64,000 bases of DNA from Lytechinus pictus (taxonomy: Eukaryota), in contig NC_087252.1 of assembly GCF_037042905.1 (NCBI RefSeq), forward strand, positions 10,542,001 through 10,606,000, in the 5' to 3' direction. The notes under the pieces were generated by a model. The model was not told the origin of the DNA. It saw nothing but the letters and a program-made list of their open reading frames with translations, and did not search any database. Positions 1 to 13,599 of the stretch are shown piece after piece; position 1 is the first letter of the stretch; every line of letters begins with the position of its first letter. A program made the position numbers and the translations under genes.

Positions 1-874
1 AACTTGGACATAAGGTTAATCAAGTATTACTGAACATCCTGCCTGAGTTTCAGGTCACATGACCAAGGTCAAAGGTCATTTAGGGTCAATGAACTTAGAC
101 CATGTTGGGAAAATTATTTTCAAAATCTTAACCGAAGGTTAAGTTTTTGATATGACATCATAACTTAGAAAGTATATGGACCTAATTCATGAAACTTGGA
201 CATAAGGTTAATCAAGTATTACTGAACATCCTGCCTGAGTTTCAGGTCACATGACCAAGGTCAAAGGTCATTTAGGGTCAATGAACTTTGGTCAAGTTGG
301 GGGTATTTGTTGAATTACCATCATAACTCTGAAAGTTTATGGATCTAGTTCATAAAACTTGGACATAAGAGTAACCAAGTATCACTGAACATCCTGTACG
401 AGTTTCAGGTCACATGACCATGGTCAAAGGTCATTAAAGGTCAATGAACTTTGGCCGTGTTGGGGGTATTTGTTGAATTACCATCCTAACTCTGAAAGTT
501 TATGGATCTAGTTCATAAAACTTGGGATATAAGAGTAATCAAGCATCACTGAACATCCCCTGTGAGTTTCAGGTCACAAAACCAAGTCAAAGGTCAGTTA
601 AGGTCAATAAACTTAGGCCATGTTGGTGTAATTGTTGAAGTGCCATCATAACTTTGAAAGTTTATGGATAGAGTGAATGAAATGTGGACATGGGTGTAGT
701 TGACAGTCTTAAGTCTCTGTTCAAATGTCATTTATGGTCAATGAACGTGGTATTATGTCATTATATGAATGATGTTTTTGTGAATGATTATTTTATAGTA
801 GTTTTCAAAGTTAGCACTGCTGCTATATTAAATTGCGTAATGCAGGCGAGACTGCCAGAGGCGTTCCACTTGTT
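1..874 (+). mobile_element. 3' part of a non-autonomous Helentron-associated (HINE/DINE-1-like) element with ~160-190 bp central tandem repeats
   Basis: Unit AACTTGGACATAAG...GTCACATGACCAAGGTCAAAGGTCA recurs at 1, 193, 356 and ~519. The element ends TGCAGGCGAGACTGCCAGAGGCGTTCCACTTGTT, matching the 3' end of the complete copy at 15295-19262. Confidence 0.75.
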
Positions 875-1248
875 GTTAACAAGAATTCATATGAAATCAA
901 TTACTATAAAGAATATGTATACAACCTATGTGTAGAGAAGAAGGCGTAGGTCCCTAGAAGCACATGCTTGTTGCGGGATACGCCTGTGGACATATAGATA
1001 TATACAATACAAAAAATACAATACAAAGATAAGAATTATCTAGGAATGACAACTGAAGTATTTTTCTTCCTTGTGAAAGCAAAAGGACACAAAATTGTAA
1101 ACATAAGAAATATAAGATATAAACAGAATTTTTGAGCCTTTGGCTCCCCATAATTTTAGCACAGAGTTAGACCATGGTCTAAGTTAAACCTGACTTCAGA
1201 ATAAGGGCCTATGTTTTCATACATTTTCACCTTCTTTTCGTCATTCAG

Positions 1249-1382
1249 GCTGTGTTCAATTTAGCCAATCTAATTGAGAATGGAGTGAACGTGAAGGATG
1301 ATGTCTTGATAAGGTTAGGTGTTCCAACAAACATCTTCAGCAGCAAGAACAACATCTCAAAGGTCATGGAGCTGTACCGCAT
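1249..1382 (+). CDS. SEL1L3: SEL1L3-like exon (last Sel1-like repeat)
   Basis: Pyrimidine tract + TTCAG acceptor, AT|GTAAGT donor, open frame AVFNLANLIENG...ELYR. Confidence 0.85.
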
Positions 1383-2782
1383 GTAAGTATGATAATACAT
1401 GTAATATGTCCATGTATATAGCGCTGTTGCTATGTGCATATACTCGACTGCACTTTGATACGTGATGTCATATTATTACCCTGACCGTAGCTGAGCTGCC
1501 ATGTCAGCGCCAAAGCGTCAAGGAATAAGTCCTACTGGTTACCCATTCACCTCACCTAGGTTGAGTGCAGCACAATGCGGGTAAATTTCTTGATGAAGGA
1601 AAACACACCATGACTGGGATTCGAACCCACGTCCTTCTGATAGAAAGAAGAGAGCCGTAACCACTAGACCACAAAGCCCCCAAAATATTGATGATAGGTA
1701 TTATATTTGCTGGTATACATGTAGCGTTTACTTTATCAGAAGTCGCTAAGCATTGTACAATAAATGTGCCATACTTGCAAAGCATTGTTACACTCTTCTT
1801 GTTACAAGGAATAAATTCCCTATCCACCTCACCTGGGTTTAGTGCAGCAAAGTAAGCATGAATTTCTTGCTGAAGGAAAGTAACGCCTAGAGTAGGAATT
1901 AAACCCAACCCAACTACAACCCTCTAATTAGGAGTTGAGAATCTCCCTACACACTGAAGCCTCCATGTATAATTATTATGATATTAAATGATTTAGAAAG
2001 TGCAATAAATGTACCATATTTGCTTTTTGTTCCAAGGAATAAATTCCTGTCGGGTCCCTATCCACCTCACCTGGGTTTAGTGCAGCAAAGTAAGCATGAA
2101 TTTCTTGCTGAAGGAAATTAATGTGTGGATTAGGAATTGAACCCAACTGCAACCCTCTGATTAAGAGATGAGAATCTCCCTACACACTGAAGCCTCCATG
2201 TATAGTAATTATTATGATAAGGATTTAGAAAATGCACATAACTGACTATGTATTGGTGCTCAGCCCGTAAAAAAGAAAGAAAAAGTGTCAGATTTGACAA
2301 CTTGTCGGACATCAAATGTTGATGAAATGTTACTCTATTGTTCATGTCTTTCAGATGTCGAGATAGCTCAGAGGATGCATATTTTCCCTGTGGATTGGCC
2401 CTTCTTAATCTCCAACTCAGGCAGGTGTGGAAGGAACACAACTTGTCTATACAGGTTAGTATTGGTGGTGAGACGGTGACACAACATTTGCTCAGGCGAT
2501 AATTGCTCCTGGCTTTATTTTTTCTAAGATATAGGAATAGGGTTAAGGTTGCAGTAGGGTTTTATGTTAGGTTTAGGGATAGGGTATAGTATTAAATCAA
2601 GGGATGAAGTTGGTAATTCCGTTAGTGTGTGGAATTTACAGCAGAGCGATTGTCGCCGGACAACGGTTAGACAGGCTATTGTTGTCATGGTGATAGATGA
2701 TGTGGATCAGTAATAATGGAAACAAATAAAATGATAAAGGGGAAAATGATGACAAAGAACGTAATGATGAGGACCATTATGG

Positions 2783-2813
<31 letters not shown>

Positions 2814-3617
2814 GATGATGACAAAATGTTTGGTGAAACTGATGCCTTTTTTTTCCAGGGGCTACTTTTCACAACTGAGTGCCTAATTCTGCAATATTGG
2901 ATAGGCTTTTTCATTTCAATGAATGGGAATGTTCCAGGACTCCCTTTTTTAGTTTCCAGGGCTTTTTTGAGCATTTCAGGGGCAAGATCGGCCCCAGCCC
3001 CCATGTATATTTGTCCCTGGATGCTAGTGATCATGGTAATGTGTTTATGCGCAAGATAGTGATGTTTACAATTATAAGAAGTGGCATTGGCGTTGCAGTA
3101 TGTGGTTGGCGTGGTAGTGGCAATGATGAAGAAATTTGCAGTATTTCAATCTCTTCAACAAATCATGAGTTGTCACATGGTAAAGATAGTGATGTTTACA
3201 ATAAGATGTGGCATTGGCGTTGCAGTCTGTGGTTGACGTGGTAGTGAAAAATGATGAAGAAATTTGCAGTGTTCCAATCTCTTCAACAAATCATCAAAGT
3301 ACCTCGCTACCCTCTCTGTACAGGTTGCCAGTGGATGTATGGTATGTCTCCTGACACTGTACACAGCTGCAACGTTCCTTGGATTCCTCGGAGGCAGCAA
3401 CACACCTAAAAACATAAACAACAATAATAGCAACAACAATGCTGATGCCTCAACAGAGCAGCAAGAAGATGTAGAATCAAATCAATCACCTACAACTCTC
3501 CTAAGTGTTGCTGCAACTAGTACAACCACTACCACAACAACAACATCATCAGCACAAGGTGTTGAGCGGGATCCTGCAACATTGGAGTCTCCATGCACAA
3601 GTGGGTCCTCGTCTTGA
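1249..3617 (+). CDS. SEL1L3: Protein sel-1 homolog 3-like, C-terminal part; join(1249..1382,2355..2454,3324..3617); upstream exons lie outside the window
   Basis: Phase-consistent AG/GT splicing gives AVFNLANLIENGVNVKDDVLIRLGVPTNIFSSKNNISKVMELYRI-CRDSSEDAYFPCGLALLNLQLRQVWKEHNLSIQ-VASGCMVCLLTLYTAATFLGFLGG...SSS*. From memory this resembles the vertebrate SEL1L3 C-terminus (FNLALLIEEG...NNISILQELYERC...FSPCSLAWLYLHLRLLW), followed by a TM helix and a low-complexity tail. Confidence 0.85.
1473..1681 (-). mobile_element. tRNA-derived SINE
   Basis: Minus strand has Pol III A box TGGTCTAGTGG and B box GGTTCGAATCC, then a core (TGTGCTGCACTCAACC.AGGTGAGGTGAATGGGTA) shared with 8922-9105. Confidence 0.75.
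1745..2235. repeat. ~250 bp tandem duplication containing a decayed SINE
   Basis: CCTATCCACCTCACCTGGGTTTAGTGCAGCAAAGTAAGCATGAATTTCTTGCTGAAGGAAA and GAGAATCTCCCTACAC..CTGAAGCCTCCATGTATA each occur twice (~1819/~2057 and ~1937/~2170). Confidence 0.75.
2355..2454 (+). CDS. SEL1L3: SEL1L3-like exon
   Basis: TCTTTCAG acceptor, CAG|GTTAGT donor, phase 2 to phase 0; CRDSSEDAYFPCGLALLNLQLRQVW. Confidence 0.85.
2476..2690 (+). mobile_element. Short non-autonomous element with internal telomere-like (TTAGGG-variant) repeats
   Basis: GGTGACACAACATTTGCTC left end and internal TAGGGTTAAGG/GTTAGGTTTAGGG. A reverse-complement copy lies at ~62457-62659. Confidence 0.55.
2765..2822. repeat. (GAT)n microsatellite
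   Basis: Direct reading. Confidence 0.9.
3053..3294. repeat. ~130 bp tandem duplication just upstream of the last SEL1L3 acceptor
   Basis: AAGATAGTGATGTTTACAAT...TCTCTTCAACAAATCAT occurs at 3053-3166 and ~3183-3294. Confidence 0.85.
3324..3617 (+). CDS. SEL1L3: SEL1L3-like terminal coding exon (TM helix plus Asn/Thr/Ser-rich tail)
   Basis: CTCTCTGTACAG acceptor, hydrophobic VASGCMVCLLTLYTAATFLGFLGG, stop TGA at 3615-3617. Confidence 0.8.
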   Translation, partial: VASGCMVCLLTLYTAATFLGFLGGSNTPKNINNNNSNNNADASTEQQEDVESNQSPTTLLSVAATSTTTTTTTTSSAQGVERDPATLESPCTSGSSS

Positions 3618-4148
3618 GTTGTCACAACGATGTTGCAGCAATAAGGATATCACTGAAATAGTACTTACAACACGCCTGCTACTTTATATAATCATGTGTA
3701 TAGTATGCATTGTGTGATTTGGATCTTTCCGTAAACTGTGCAATATGATTGTTTGATTGATTGATTGATTTATTGATTGTTTGATATCACTAAATGATCC
3801 CTATTCTTTATTGCTTTACATTTATTTTTAAGAGGGATGTAAATTTTCAGGCCAAATCCTGAATTAAGACCCCTGCAATTTATTATCAGGCCATATTTTA
3901 AGGCTTAAGCAATCATGAGTACAGAATGTTATATTCTTAGTGATTTCCAGACCCTCTGATCAATTTCAACTGTATCCCTGTATCTAAGCCCATGACATGC
4001 TGCAGTAAAAAAAAAATCATTTACATGTAATTAATATTAAAATTTCTGCAAATGTTTGACCGCTCTATTTTTTCACATTGGTATTACGTATTGACTGACT
4101 TCTTGTGAGACTCACTGACCCTTAATTTCCTGAAATTTCAGACATCTG

Positions 4149-4579
4149 GGCCCCGTCTTACAAAGAGTTGCGATTGATACAATCAATCGTAACTCTATGG
4201 AAATCCATCAGCGTCATAATTTTTTCTACAGGAAATTTGCAAAATGTCCTTTGTAAACAAAGAAGAACACCCCAAATTGTCAAGAAATCAATGAATTTAT
4301 GGATATACATTCATATCTAGATATTTTTTTTAACAAACATGTATTTTATATATTGACTTTGCTGGCTCTCCATAGTTGCGATTGATTGGATCAATTGCAA
4401 CTCTTTGTAAGACGGGCCACTGGACTATGTTACACAAAGATTAGCGATCAATTGCTAATTGGGCTGACCAATCAAGATCAATGTTACAGGTGCATTTGGT
4501 TCAAAATACTGACCAGGAACCAATCAGAAGCGTTCTTTCATATTTGCTATTCATTGCTACCTGTAGTGTTACAGAGGCC
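4149..4579. mobile_element. Two adjacent PIF/Harbinger-like MITEs (4149-4419 and ~4423-4579)
   Basis: First element has TIR GGCCCCGTCTTACAAAGAGTTGC / GCAACTCTTTGTAAGACGGGCC with CTG on both sides (4146-48, 4420-22). The second belongs to the family also seen at ~47144-47312 and ~53260-53422. Confidence 0.7.
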
Positions 4580-6569
4580 TTGATGTTAGAATACTTGTAT
4601 GATTCCCTATTGATTTGTCTATGATGAAATGTGTGTCCTATGCCCCAGTCTCACTTATGAAACTGACCCCAAACCGACCAATGATGTGCCATTGGTAATA
4701 GTCTAATAGCTTTGGTCGGTCTGGGTTCGGTTTCGTTGGTGTGAATGTAGCTGAAGCCATGATAAATAAAACACTGCAGGGCTCCTGTGAGAAAGGCACA
4801 TCTGTGGTTGCTTGTGATTTAGGTGCCTGACCTGTCATACATGTGTTTACACCTATATTCATCCTTTTTGTGAAAAAATCAAATAATGCATCTGTCCTGT
4901 GTGTTATCAAACCATGTGTATGTGCCAAAATGGTTAATTCCGTGTATAATACTTGAAAAATATTGATTCTTGCATTCTTTCACTTTTAAAACTTTATCGC
5001 TTTGAATGACTTATATGACTATGTTTGTGCACTATGATTGTCATTAATATATAGGTATACACAGAAATTGTCTTGTTCAGAGTGTTGTATTGTTTTTTCG
5101 TGTCCAATTGTTTGTTGAAGATATGTCTAAGGAAATTCAAATTCTTTCTATTTTAGAGAGTTGAGTTATATAAGAAAGTTAGTTATTACTGGGTTCTGAT
5201 GTATTCAGGGTTTCGTTCAGATTTATGTTCAAAGAAATGCTTAGAATTGTGTTAAGAGCTATGTTCGTATTTTTCTTCAGCGTTTTGTATAGGATTATGT
5301 TATGTCCATATTTTTATACTGAATCATGTTCAGATTTGTGATATCCTCCCACAGATGGAACTTTTAATTGTGTTTAATGTTCAAAGAAATGATATTATTT
5401 AATTGAGCCATTTTTTCATGATTTTGACCATATTTAAAGAAAAATTAAAGATTTTGGGACCCTTTCACCAGACAATCAAAGTATCTAACTTCTCCCTTAG
5501 ACTTACATGTATGCTAGAATGTATCAAATGTACCTATTTATATATCAAAGTTGAGATGTTCTTGTTATCTGTCATCCCTTGTAAATCATATTAGTACTAG
5601 ACTAATTGGGTGTTGCAAGAAAATTTGCGATCAATTGTAAGTCTATTTTTGGTCCCTAAATCAATCAAATGTTTTGAAATTAATTGCAAATTTGTGATTG
5701 ATTGTTAATCTGCTTCGCGAAACAAGCAGTGTAATCTGCTTTGCTACAGTTAACATTGATCTATCAATTGTAAAATGACACCAGAATATTTGCAGTCGAT
5801 TACAGATATTTTCCTTTAACACCCCCTTAGTGTCTAACAGTTTTGTCTTTCTTTTTTTTTCAACTTTCAAACACTTTAAAGAGTATGTTGTAAATATATG
5901 AAAAGTACTTATTTATGATGTAAGCATTATATTATACTCTTGTGCAATACATTCCAATGTTGTAGTTAAGTTTAAAAGTGCCTTGTATTGCACAAGCAAC
6001 AAAATCACAAATGTCTTCCAAAATTGTGATCTTCCACAGGCCATAGTGCCTTGTGATACTGTACATATATGAAGTATTATATTCTTGACTTTTTTTTTCT
6101 AGTTTGAATGATAGTTATCAGTATTATTGCAGTGACTTCAATAGAGAAATTTTGTTTGGCTTATTCGGGCCAGTTGGACAAGGAGTTGCTATTGATTTAA
6201 AATTGAATTACGATTGCTTTCACTTGTGTACTTAAGAGATAGAGTTGAGAATGATCTGAATTTGATCTTAAATTGAATGAATTGCAACTATTTGTCAGAT
6301 GGACACTTTGTTTTTATTCTTCTAGTTTGTGTAGAATTGTCCTTTTATGTAATTTCCATTGTTCTATATGTGTATCTTTCTTTTGTACATAGGATTCACT
6401 TCCCTCTTTCTCTTTTCTCTTTCTTTCATGCTCTCTCTCCCTTCTTCACCAACTACTCTGTACTTAATTGTTGTGTCTATTTCCAATGCTTAATGGTCAG
6501 TTTTCTCCTTTTTTGATGCTTCAATACATTTTTATAGAAAATTTGAATATGTAGTGACTTGGAATATTA

Positions 6570-7085
6570 TCTATCTCCCTCTGTCTCTCTCTTGTTCTTT
6601 CTCCCTGTGTCTCTCTTTCTTTCTCCCTGTCTCGTGATTTCTCATTTTCCTGTCTTTTATTTTCTCCCTATATTCCTTCTCTCATTAGATAAGATGGGTA
6701 TATACTCTACATTATTATATATTCTACATTTATGAATCTTTATTACCTCTCTCTCTCTCTCTTTGTTTCTTTCTTTCCTTCTTTCTTTATTTCTTCCTGT
6801 CTCACTATCACTCTCCATCTTCCTGTCTGTCTCTGTCTCTCTTTCTTGTGATTTATATTTTTACTGTCTCTTGCTTTCTCCATATATTCCTTTTCTCATT
6901 AGATCTACATTTATAAATCATTACCTCTCTCTCTCTCTTTGTTTGTTTGTTTCTTTCTGTCTGTCTGTCTTTCTGTCTGTCTTTCTTTCTGTCTTTCTTT
7001 CTGTCTTTCTTTCTTTCATTCTCACTATCACTCTCCATCTTCCTGTCTGTCTGTCTCTCTTTGCCTGTCTGTTATATTTCCTTAT
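6570..7085. repeat. CT-rich low-complexity region with an internal ~200 bp duplication
   Basis: (CT)n, (CTTT)n and (CTGT)n tracts; CTCACTATCACTCTCCATCTTCCTGTCTGTCT occurs twice. Confidence 0.8.
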
Positions 7086-8921
7086 ATATTCCTTTTATCA
7101 TGGAAATATATTCCTCTTCCATGTAGAAGCTACATGGAATTGATATTGCCTACATTACTCTTTATTATACCTTTATTGTCTATAGATATTTTAGATGACA
7201 TTATATTTTGAATGTGAACAGGTCTTCCTAATCTTGGTTGCTTCCTTGGTCACCAGACGTGCCTTATGAACAAATACTGTATATAGTCGAAATGCAGAAG
7301 GTTGCTATTCTCATAGATTTTGTACATAAAATAGTTATGCCCTTTTGATAGTCAGTGCCATAATATGTTACTGAGTTCTATTTTCAAAAGGTAATGCATT
7401 CACCATGACTACTTGTCATACTAAAGAATTAAATCAAGATCCATTAGATTCAGTGAGCAACAGGGAGGATTAACACAATTCTCGATACGAAACAGGATTT
7501 AGCTTTTGCATTATTCCTTTGTGAAACTATCTTCGTTTGATTGTGCATATTGATGTATAAGTCATTATTTTAAAATGTTCATTGTCATAGAACATGAACA
7601 ATATTTTATTGGAAACATGCTGTAATTTTCTAGTATGCTTAATGTACTAAAAGTACAAAAAAATAATATTCTACCCTTGAAATTTACCACATGATAATGT
7701 TCCTTCACACCACATGTATTGTAGTATTGTAGTACTATTAAGAATGTACTTTGTTGATGTGTTGTTTATACTATGTTGTATGTATATTAAAAAATAGTTT
7801 AAGGCCCATTTCTAATGTATTTTTAGCATAACATGCTAAACACCGAAGGGTGAAAAGTGACTAAAATTGTATTATCTTGTATAGAGCATCCCTTAATAAG
7901 GTTAATGCATATATTTTTCATTGTAAATAACTCATATTTTTGCTTATTTATCCATTTATGGATTTCTTTCATTGCTGGTAGTGTGTGTTTCAACAGCTTG
8001 CTTTTAAGTTGAATCTCCATTTAAACTGCACTGTAAAATCTAGGGTGTTGTAAGCAACACCAGTCGGTGTTGTAAGAGGCCTACACTCTTAAGCCCAAAT
8101 TCTAAACGCAGGTTTAATTTAATATCTGGTCCGAAGTTGTGATTTAACTATGGATAGCCAATTGTGACATAAATCCCTAAAAGTAGAAGTTCATAGTATC
8201 AGCTCATTTGACTGTCAAATCACTCTCAATTGTCCGGGAAGGATAAATAAGATAATTGTCTTCACCATTAAGGGATTAGGAAAGAGCACAGTCAACATAA
8301 GAAACATACAACCATGAGAACAGATCTTGACGTTTGGATTCTCATAATTTTAGCACATATTCGGTAGTTAGACCATGGTATAATTTAAACCCAAGTTCAG
8401 AATACAGGTCATTGGGGTTAAAGATACAACATGGTGTTACATTATAATATAGATATAACTAACAGAAGAACTCCAATGGGAGTTGAATTAACAACATGAA
8501 CTAACACTGGTGATTAAGCTGATTAGTGTGGTCCTCTTAAACACTAACTGGTGTAGTTTATAACACCACTGTCCATATAGTTTAGGTTTCCAACTGCAGT
8601 TTTTAAGCACATTCATCTAGGTTAGATATTCGTATACATATTTATCAATATATTCTCTAGAATTTGGCGATAGTTGCTCTTCAGCGAGTTCTGCTTCAAA
8701 AGATTTCAGGGTTTAGAAAGTTTTAAAACATTTTATAGTTGATGATGTATTTTAATGTTTGTATGTAGATAATATCCATGTATTTGTATATTTACAATGC
8801 CTTCAAATTGCATTCTCTTTTCTCTCAATCTCTCACTCCTTTCCTTTCCTTCATCCTCTCTCCCTCTCTGTCTCTCACCTTACCCTCCCTTTCTCTTTCC
8901 CTCTCTTGCTCTCTTTCTATT

Positions 8922-9105
8922 TTATCCACATTGTGCTGCACTCAACCCAGGTGAGGTGAATGGGTACCCGTCAGGATTAATTCCTTGAATGCACTGAGCG
9001 CTGAGAGGCAGCTCGAGCTAAAGCCGGGGTAATAATAATGATAAACAATGCGCCTCGGAATAGATTATTTCTAGATAGATGGCGCTATATAAATGCCTAT
9101 TAATA
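8922..9105 (+). mobile_element. 5'-truncated SINE with a LINE-like 3' tail
   Basis: Core shared with the SINE at 1473-1681; 3' GGCGCTATATAAATGCCTAT followed by an AT-rich tail. Confidence 0.65.
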
Positions 9106-9493
9106 TTTATTTATGCCCCTATCCATCTTCATTTTTATATTTCTTTGTCTCTAGTTTTGTCAACATCAAACTGATTAGCAAGTTGAAGTAAAATAATAGA
9201 ACAAACCTTACACGTAATAAAGTTTTTTTTATTATGAATATTATAATTGATATGTTGAAAAATATAGAGTACATTGATGCACCATACATTTGTATAATAC
9301 AACACAAAGAGGCTTATGTGTTTTTTTCTTCAAATTTACTCTATTAAAAATACTTTACACTACAAAAAGTAGAAATATATTGGCAATCAGTATAACATGT
9401 TTACCGATATAAATAATGTACTTAGAAAAGAAAAGAAATGTATTAATCATATGGACCTGAATTCACAAACATTGTTCCAATTGTCCCATTATA

Positions 9494-10219
9494 CAGTGTG
9501 TCCCAGAAAAAAACGAAACCGAGATTTAGCGATGGTTTATCATAACTTAATCACAAATAAAATAGACAAATGACCTACCAAAAAGTCATTTGGCGGGTTG
9601 TATCTGACTTTCAAAAGGAAAATCACATTTTAAAAAAGTTCAATATCTGCTCTTTAATTTGATACCTCAATTACAGAAAATTGTCAAGAAATAAAGTCAA
9701 AGTTCTGGTTATTTGAAATAAGGCTTGAATTTCAATAATTTCATAAAATGAAGAGGTTTTACAGGCTAGCGTTCAAACTCACTCGACACTCCGTTTTGTT
9801 TACAATCAGCCATGCATAAAGTCTTTTGTTAACCATGCGATAGCTTCTGTGGGAAACTGGTGAAAACGTTTACTTAATGAAATTATGGAAATTCAAGCCT
9901 TATTTCAAATAACCAGAACTTTGTTATTTCTTGACCATTTTCTGTAATTGAGGTATCAAATTAAAGAGCAGATATTGAACTTTTAGGACATGTGATTTTC
10001 TTTTTGAAATTCATATCCCCCCGCCAAATTAGTTTTTGGTATCCTTCCTTCAAATTGTTTTTGCTCACTCATGCGTGAATGAGGAATAATCTAAGTAATA
10101 TCAGATGAAAGAGGAGATTCTAAGCTTTACATTGGTAGGTCATTTGTCTATTTTATTTGTGATTAAGTTATGATAAATCATCGCTAAATCTCGGTTTCGT
10201 TTTTTTCTGGGACGCACTG
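9494..10219. mobile_element. Tc1/mariner-type palindromic MITE
   Basis: TA|CAGTGTGTCCCAGAAAAAAACGAAACCGAGATTTAGCGATG ... CATCGCTAAATCTCGGTTTCGTTTTTTTCTGGGACGCACTG|TA; the arms are inverted over most of the length. Confidence 0.9.
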
Positions 10220-11389
10220 TATATAGCCATGGACTACTACACAAATCTTGTATTATCATGCTTCATTCAACCTTGAATTAGCACTCACAGACCATTTGCC
10301 AAAAGCGTGCATTTATAATTGGACTTTTCTTAAGCATATTCAATGAAATAAGTGTAATTATCTGCTTTAGTCCATGGTTTTGTACCATAGTACAATAAGC
10401 CAGTTCACGGTTAGCTCATGATCAACTTTTCTCAAATGACCTTTGTGATTTTTCATTAGGATAAGCACTATCATTTTCAAATGTAGATGTTGCGTAAGCT
10501 TTACCGGTAGAGTATTCAAATTCTAAGAACAAAAGGCATTGTATAGACCAGTGACTAGAAAAGTACATCAGGGGTAAAGTTTGGAAATCTGTTTTATTGT
10601 CTGCCTTTGGCACATTTGACTATTGTTTAGGCTACTGTCAAATACCAGTGATTATGAAGGCTCTATTTATTACTCTTCAGCTTGGATGTGATAAATATTT
10701 TGAAAGGAATACATGAATAATCATCAATTCACAAATGCCTATGTCAGTGAATTTGAAAGCCACCTTCATTGTTGTCTCCAATGACCTTTTTCTGCTCGTG
10801 CGCAGTTTACAACCGTGAACAGGCTTATTGAAACAACATTTGTGAAGTCGGACCTTGGAGTGCAAATTTATCTTAGAAAATAAAGCCGAATTAACTAGAA
10901 CTTTCAACTGTGATCAGAATCATGTATTATGTTCCTCGCTTTGTTTGTTCTCAGTAGTGTCGGAAATGGGCTTTAAAAGAGCTGCCAATAAGTAGACTTG
11001 TATCCTATTTAATGGGATTTTTAAGGGGAAAATGACACCAAATAGGATTTTTCCCCTAGAAATTTGATTTTTATACTTATAAGAATGAAGTTGGTGTTAT
11101 GTTCTTCAAAATTTTGAAGAAAATTGGATTTTTAGGCTTGAAAATAAGATGAAATAAAGAATAATGTTTTTGACAATTATGTTTGGCAGCTCTGCGTTAA
11201 TGATCAGTCACACCGGCAAATATGACTCTATAATAGAGTGACAAAAGCTATCATAATATTACAAATGACGGTTTGGTATCGATTGTGTTGGTGTGACTGG
11301 AATAACTGTGATGTAAGAAGGTTGTTTTTAGACTTATACTTGTGTTGATCCATTTTTATGGGACAGAGTGGGCCTTCTCCCCCCCCCAA

Positions 11390-11610
11390 AAAAAAAAAAA
11401 AAAAAAAGGGGGGAAAGGAGGAAAATGGAAAAGAGAGAGAAGGAAAACAAATGAAAGAAAAAAAAGGGAGAGGGAAAGAAAAAAGGGGAAAGGAGAAAGA
11501 AAGAAAATGGAAAGGGACGAGGAAAGAGGGATCGAGAAAACAAAGGGAGAGGTTAAAGGAAAAAGAAGGGGGAAAGGGATACAAAGAGAAGGAAAAAGGA
11601 AAGAAGAACC
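11390..11610. repeat. Purine-rich (A/G) low-complexity tract
   Basis: Direct reading; accounts for the spurious K/R/E- and F-rich ORFs here. Confidence 0.85.
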
Positions 11611-13599
11611 TAGATTTGCACCACCCAGACTTCCCCTTTCTCTATTCCTATTTCTTCTTTCGTTCTTCTTCTTTGCCCCATGTTTCAATTCACGCCTTAA
11701 AAAGTCATACGAGGCGATCCCCACTAAAATTTAGTGATTTTAAGAATAAATAGGCGTAATGATTATCGCTATTTTCCTTAGAATTATTAGAAATTGTCTA
11801 CAAGATTGTGGTTATAGGGGCTTATACAAAATTCGATTTTCGGATTTTCAATCTAATTTTGGAATGACCTTTCGTTGCAAAATTGAAAATTTAGAGTTGA
11901 CGAAACACCAATTTTTTTTTTAATTAAGGGAAAACAGCTTGAATGTGCGAAGTGTCACAAAAGTGAAAAAAAATCCAAATCAATTTTGATTAATGGATTT
12001 TTGTTCATACATCACGTTTCTCGGAGTTTCCGCTACTATTTGTTGATAATGCAAATTTCCTGTAAAAGGGTGTAGAATATCACAATTTTGTTAACGTTAT
12101 TAGATCACCAAAGGCGCTTTTAAAAATTTTAACCACGTTGTTTAAGCCCATCACACCATTAATTGTTTAAAGAGATTAAAAGTGTTTAATGTTATAGAAC
12201 CTTTTGTTGGAGTGGCGGACATAAACAATAATTGACGTGTTTAGAATTTAAACAGCGTTTTTCAATTATCCAGGCCGATTTTGTTCGCATATCAATCATG
12301 TCAACCGGAAATTCAGAAAACATTTAAGGACTAATCAATTTGTATGAATTTATCAAGAGGGTGGTCCTATATATTCCAATGATAAAATAGATTTAATCGA
12401 GTGCCAAGCGCAATCTGAACTTTTTTAAATCCATGCAGATGAGATAGGGATGTAATATCCCTATATCTTCTTAACTGCATGGATATTTTAAAGATTTACA
12501 ATGTGAAGTGGGAGGTGATTTTTTTTATTGAGTCCTGCAAATATGGGGGTCTCGTACAGCTAGAGAAGGCCTGTGCTTTCTACTCAGGGTGGATATACCG
12601 TCCCGGAAGCGAAAATGCTTTTTAGGCCTATAGGTCCCTTATTATGAGTGAAAACCTCTTATATCTCATTTAAAAAATCCCCAAACCATGAGATTTGAAC
12701 CCGTGACGCTCGTGATCGACAACTGTAATATAGTTACCATCGTCAATATGATAAGTGATAGGCCTAATGGTCGCATTTCATAAGTAATTGGGTATACAAA
12801 AAGGGTGACGGATGGTGCCAAATTGTCGATACATCACAGCATCACGACCAACTTCGAAGCTAGAATTTTATGCTAAATAATATATATAGGCTATTAGGCC
12901 CTACTAAAAATTAAATCAATATTATATTAGGAACAATAATTACAGCCCATTAAGTTTGAAATAACAGGGGTGGAGAACTGAGCCTACACTGCAAAAATGA
13001 CCTGGTATCATCCCGGCCTGTTTTTATTTATTTTTTTAAAGTTTCTGCTCATATATAGACCTATTTCCTAATTTTATTTAGCGGCGGCTGCAAAACGTTT
13101 ACAAACAAATTTCATGTAAAAGTCCTCCTCCCATGCTGGCTCCCATAAGTGTGACGAAATATAAGAATTCACAATATTGCGCCTTTATTTTCCCGATACC
13201 GCTGACAATTCGTTTTGTCCTTTAACATGTTGTATGCTCTTGTGGATTTTCCCCCTTTATTGTACAATAATTCCTCTTCCCATGTTCTACTATTTTTTTC
13301 TCGGTCGTAACGTGATGCTGATTTAACATCGGGTGAGGGATATACGAGTCGGTGGTTTTACTTTTGCAGGGGCATTTGCCCCCCCCCCCCCTTCCGCCGT
13401 CAGTATAGAGTTGCCCCAAAATTGAAAAATGAAAAAAGAATGTATTTTAAATGCGCCCAGTTTTTCTTTTGCCCTTCTCCCCCTTTCACAAAAAAAAACC
13501 CAACAAAATCCTGGTGCCGCCGCCGCCAATTTATTTAAATGTGAAATCAGCTAGGAAAAGCAAACAAAAAATAATAAAAAAGACAGTCTACGAATTCAT

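Noticed and set aside
1..700. Regular repeats resembling a CRISPR array
   Set aside because: Whole 160-190 bp units repeat, with no unique spacers and no cas genes, in a eukaryotic context.
1600..1681. tRNA gene
   Set aside because: A and B boxes are present, but there is no convincing cloverleaf and the sequence runs into a SINE core. The same applies at ~40465-40541.
3618..7800. Long SEL1L3 3' UTR
   Set aside because: Plausible from the T-rich composition, but no poly(A) site can be fixed from sequence alone.
11228..11753. Overlapping K/R/E- and F-rich ORFs
   Set aside because: Low-complexity A/G tract with no splice or domain support.
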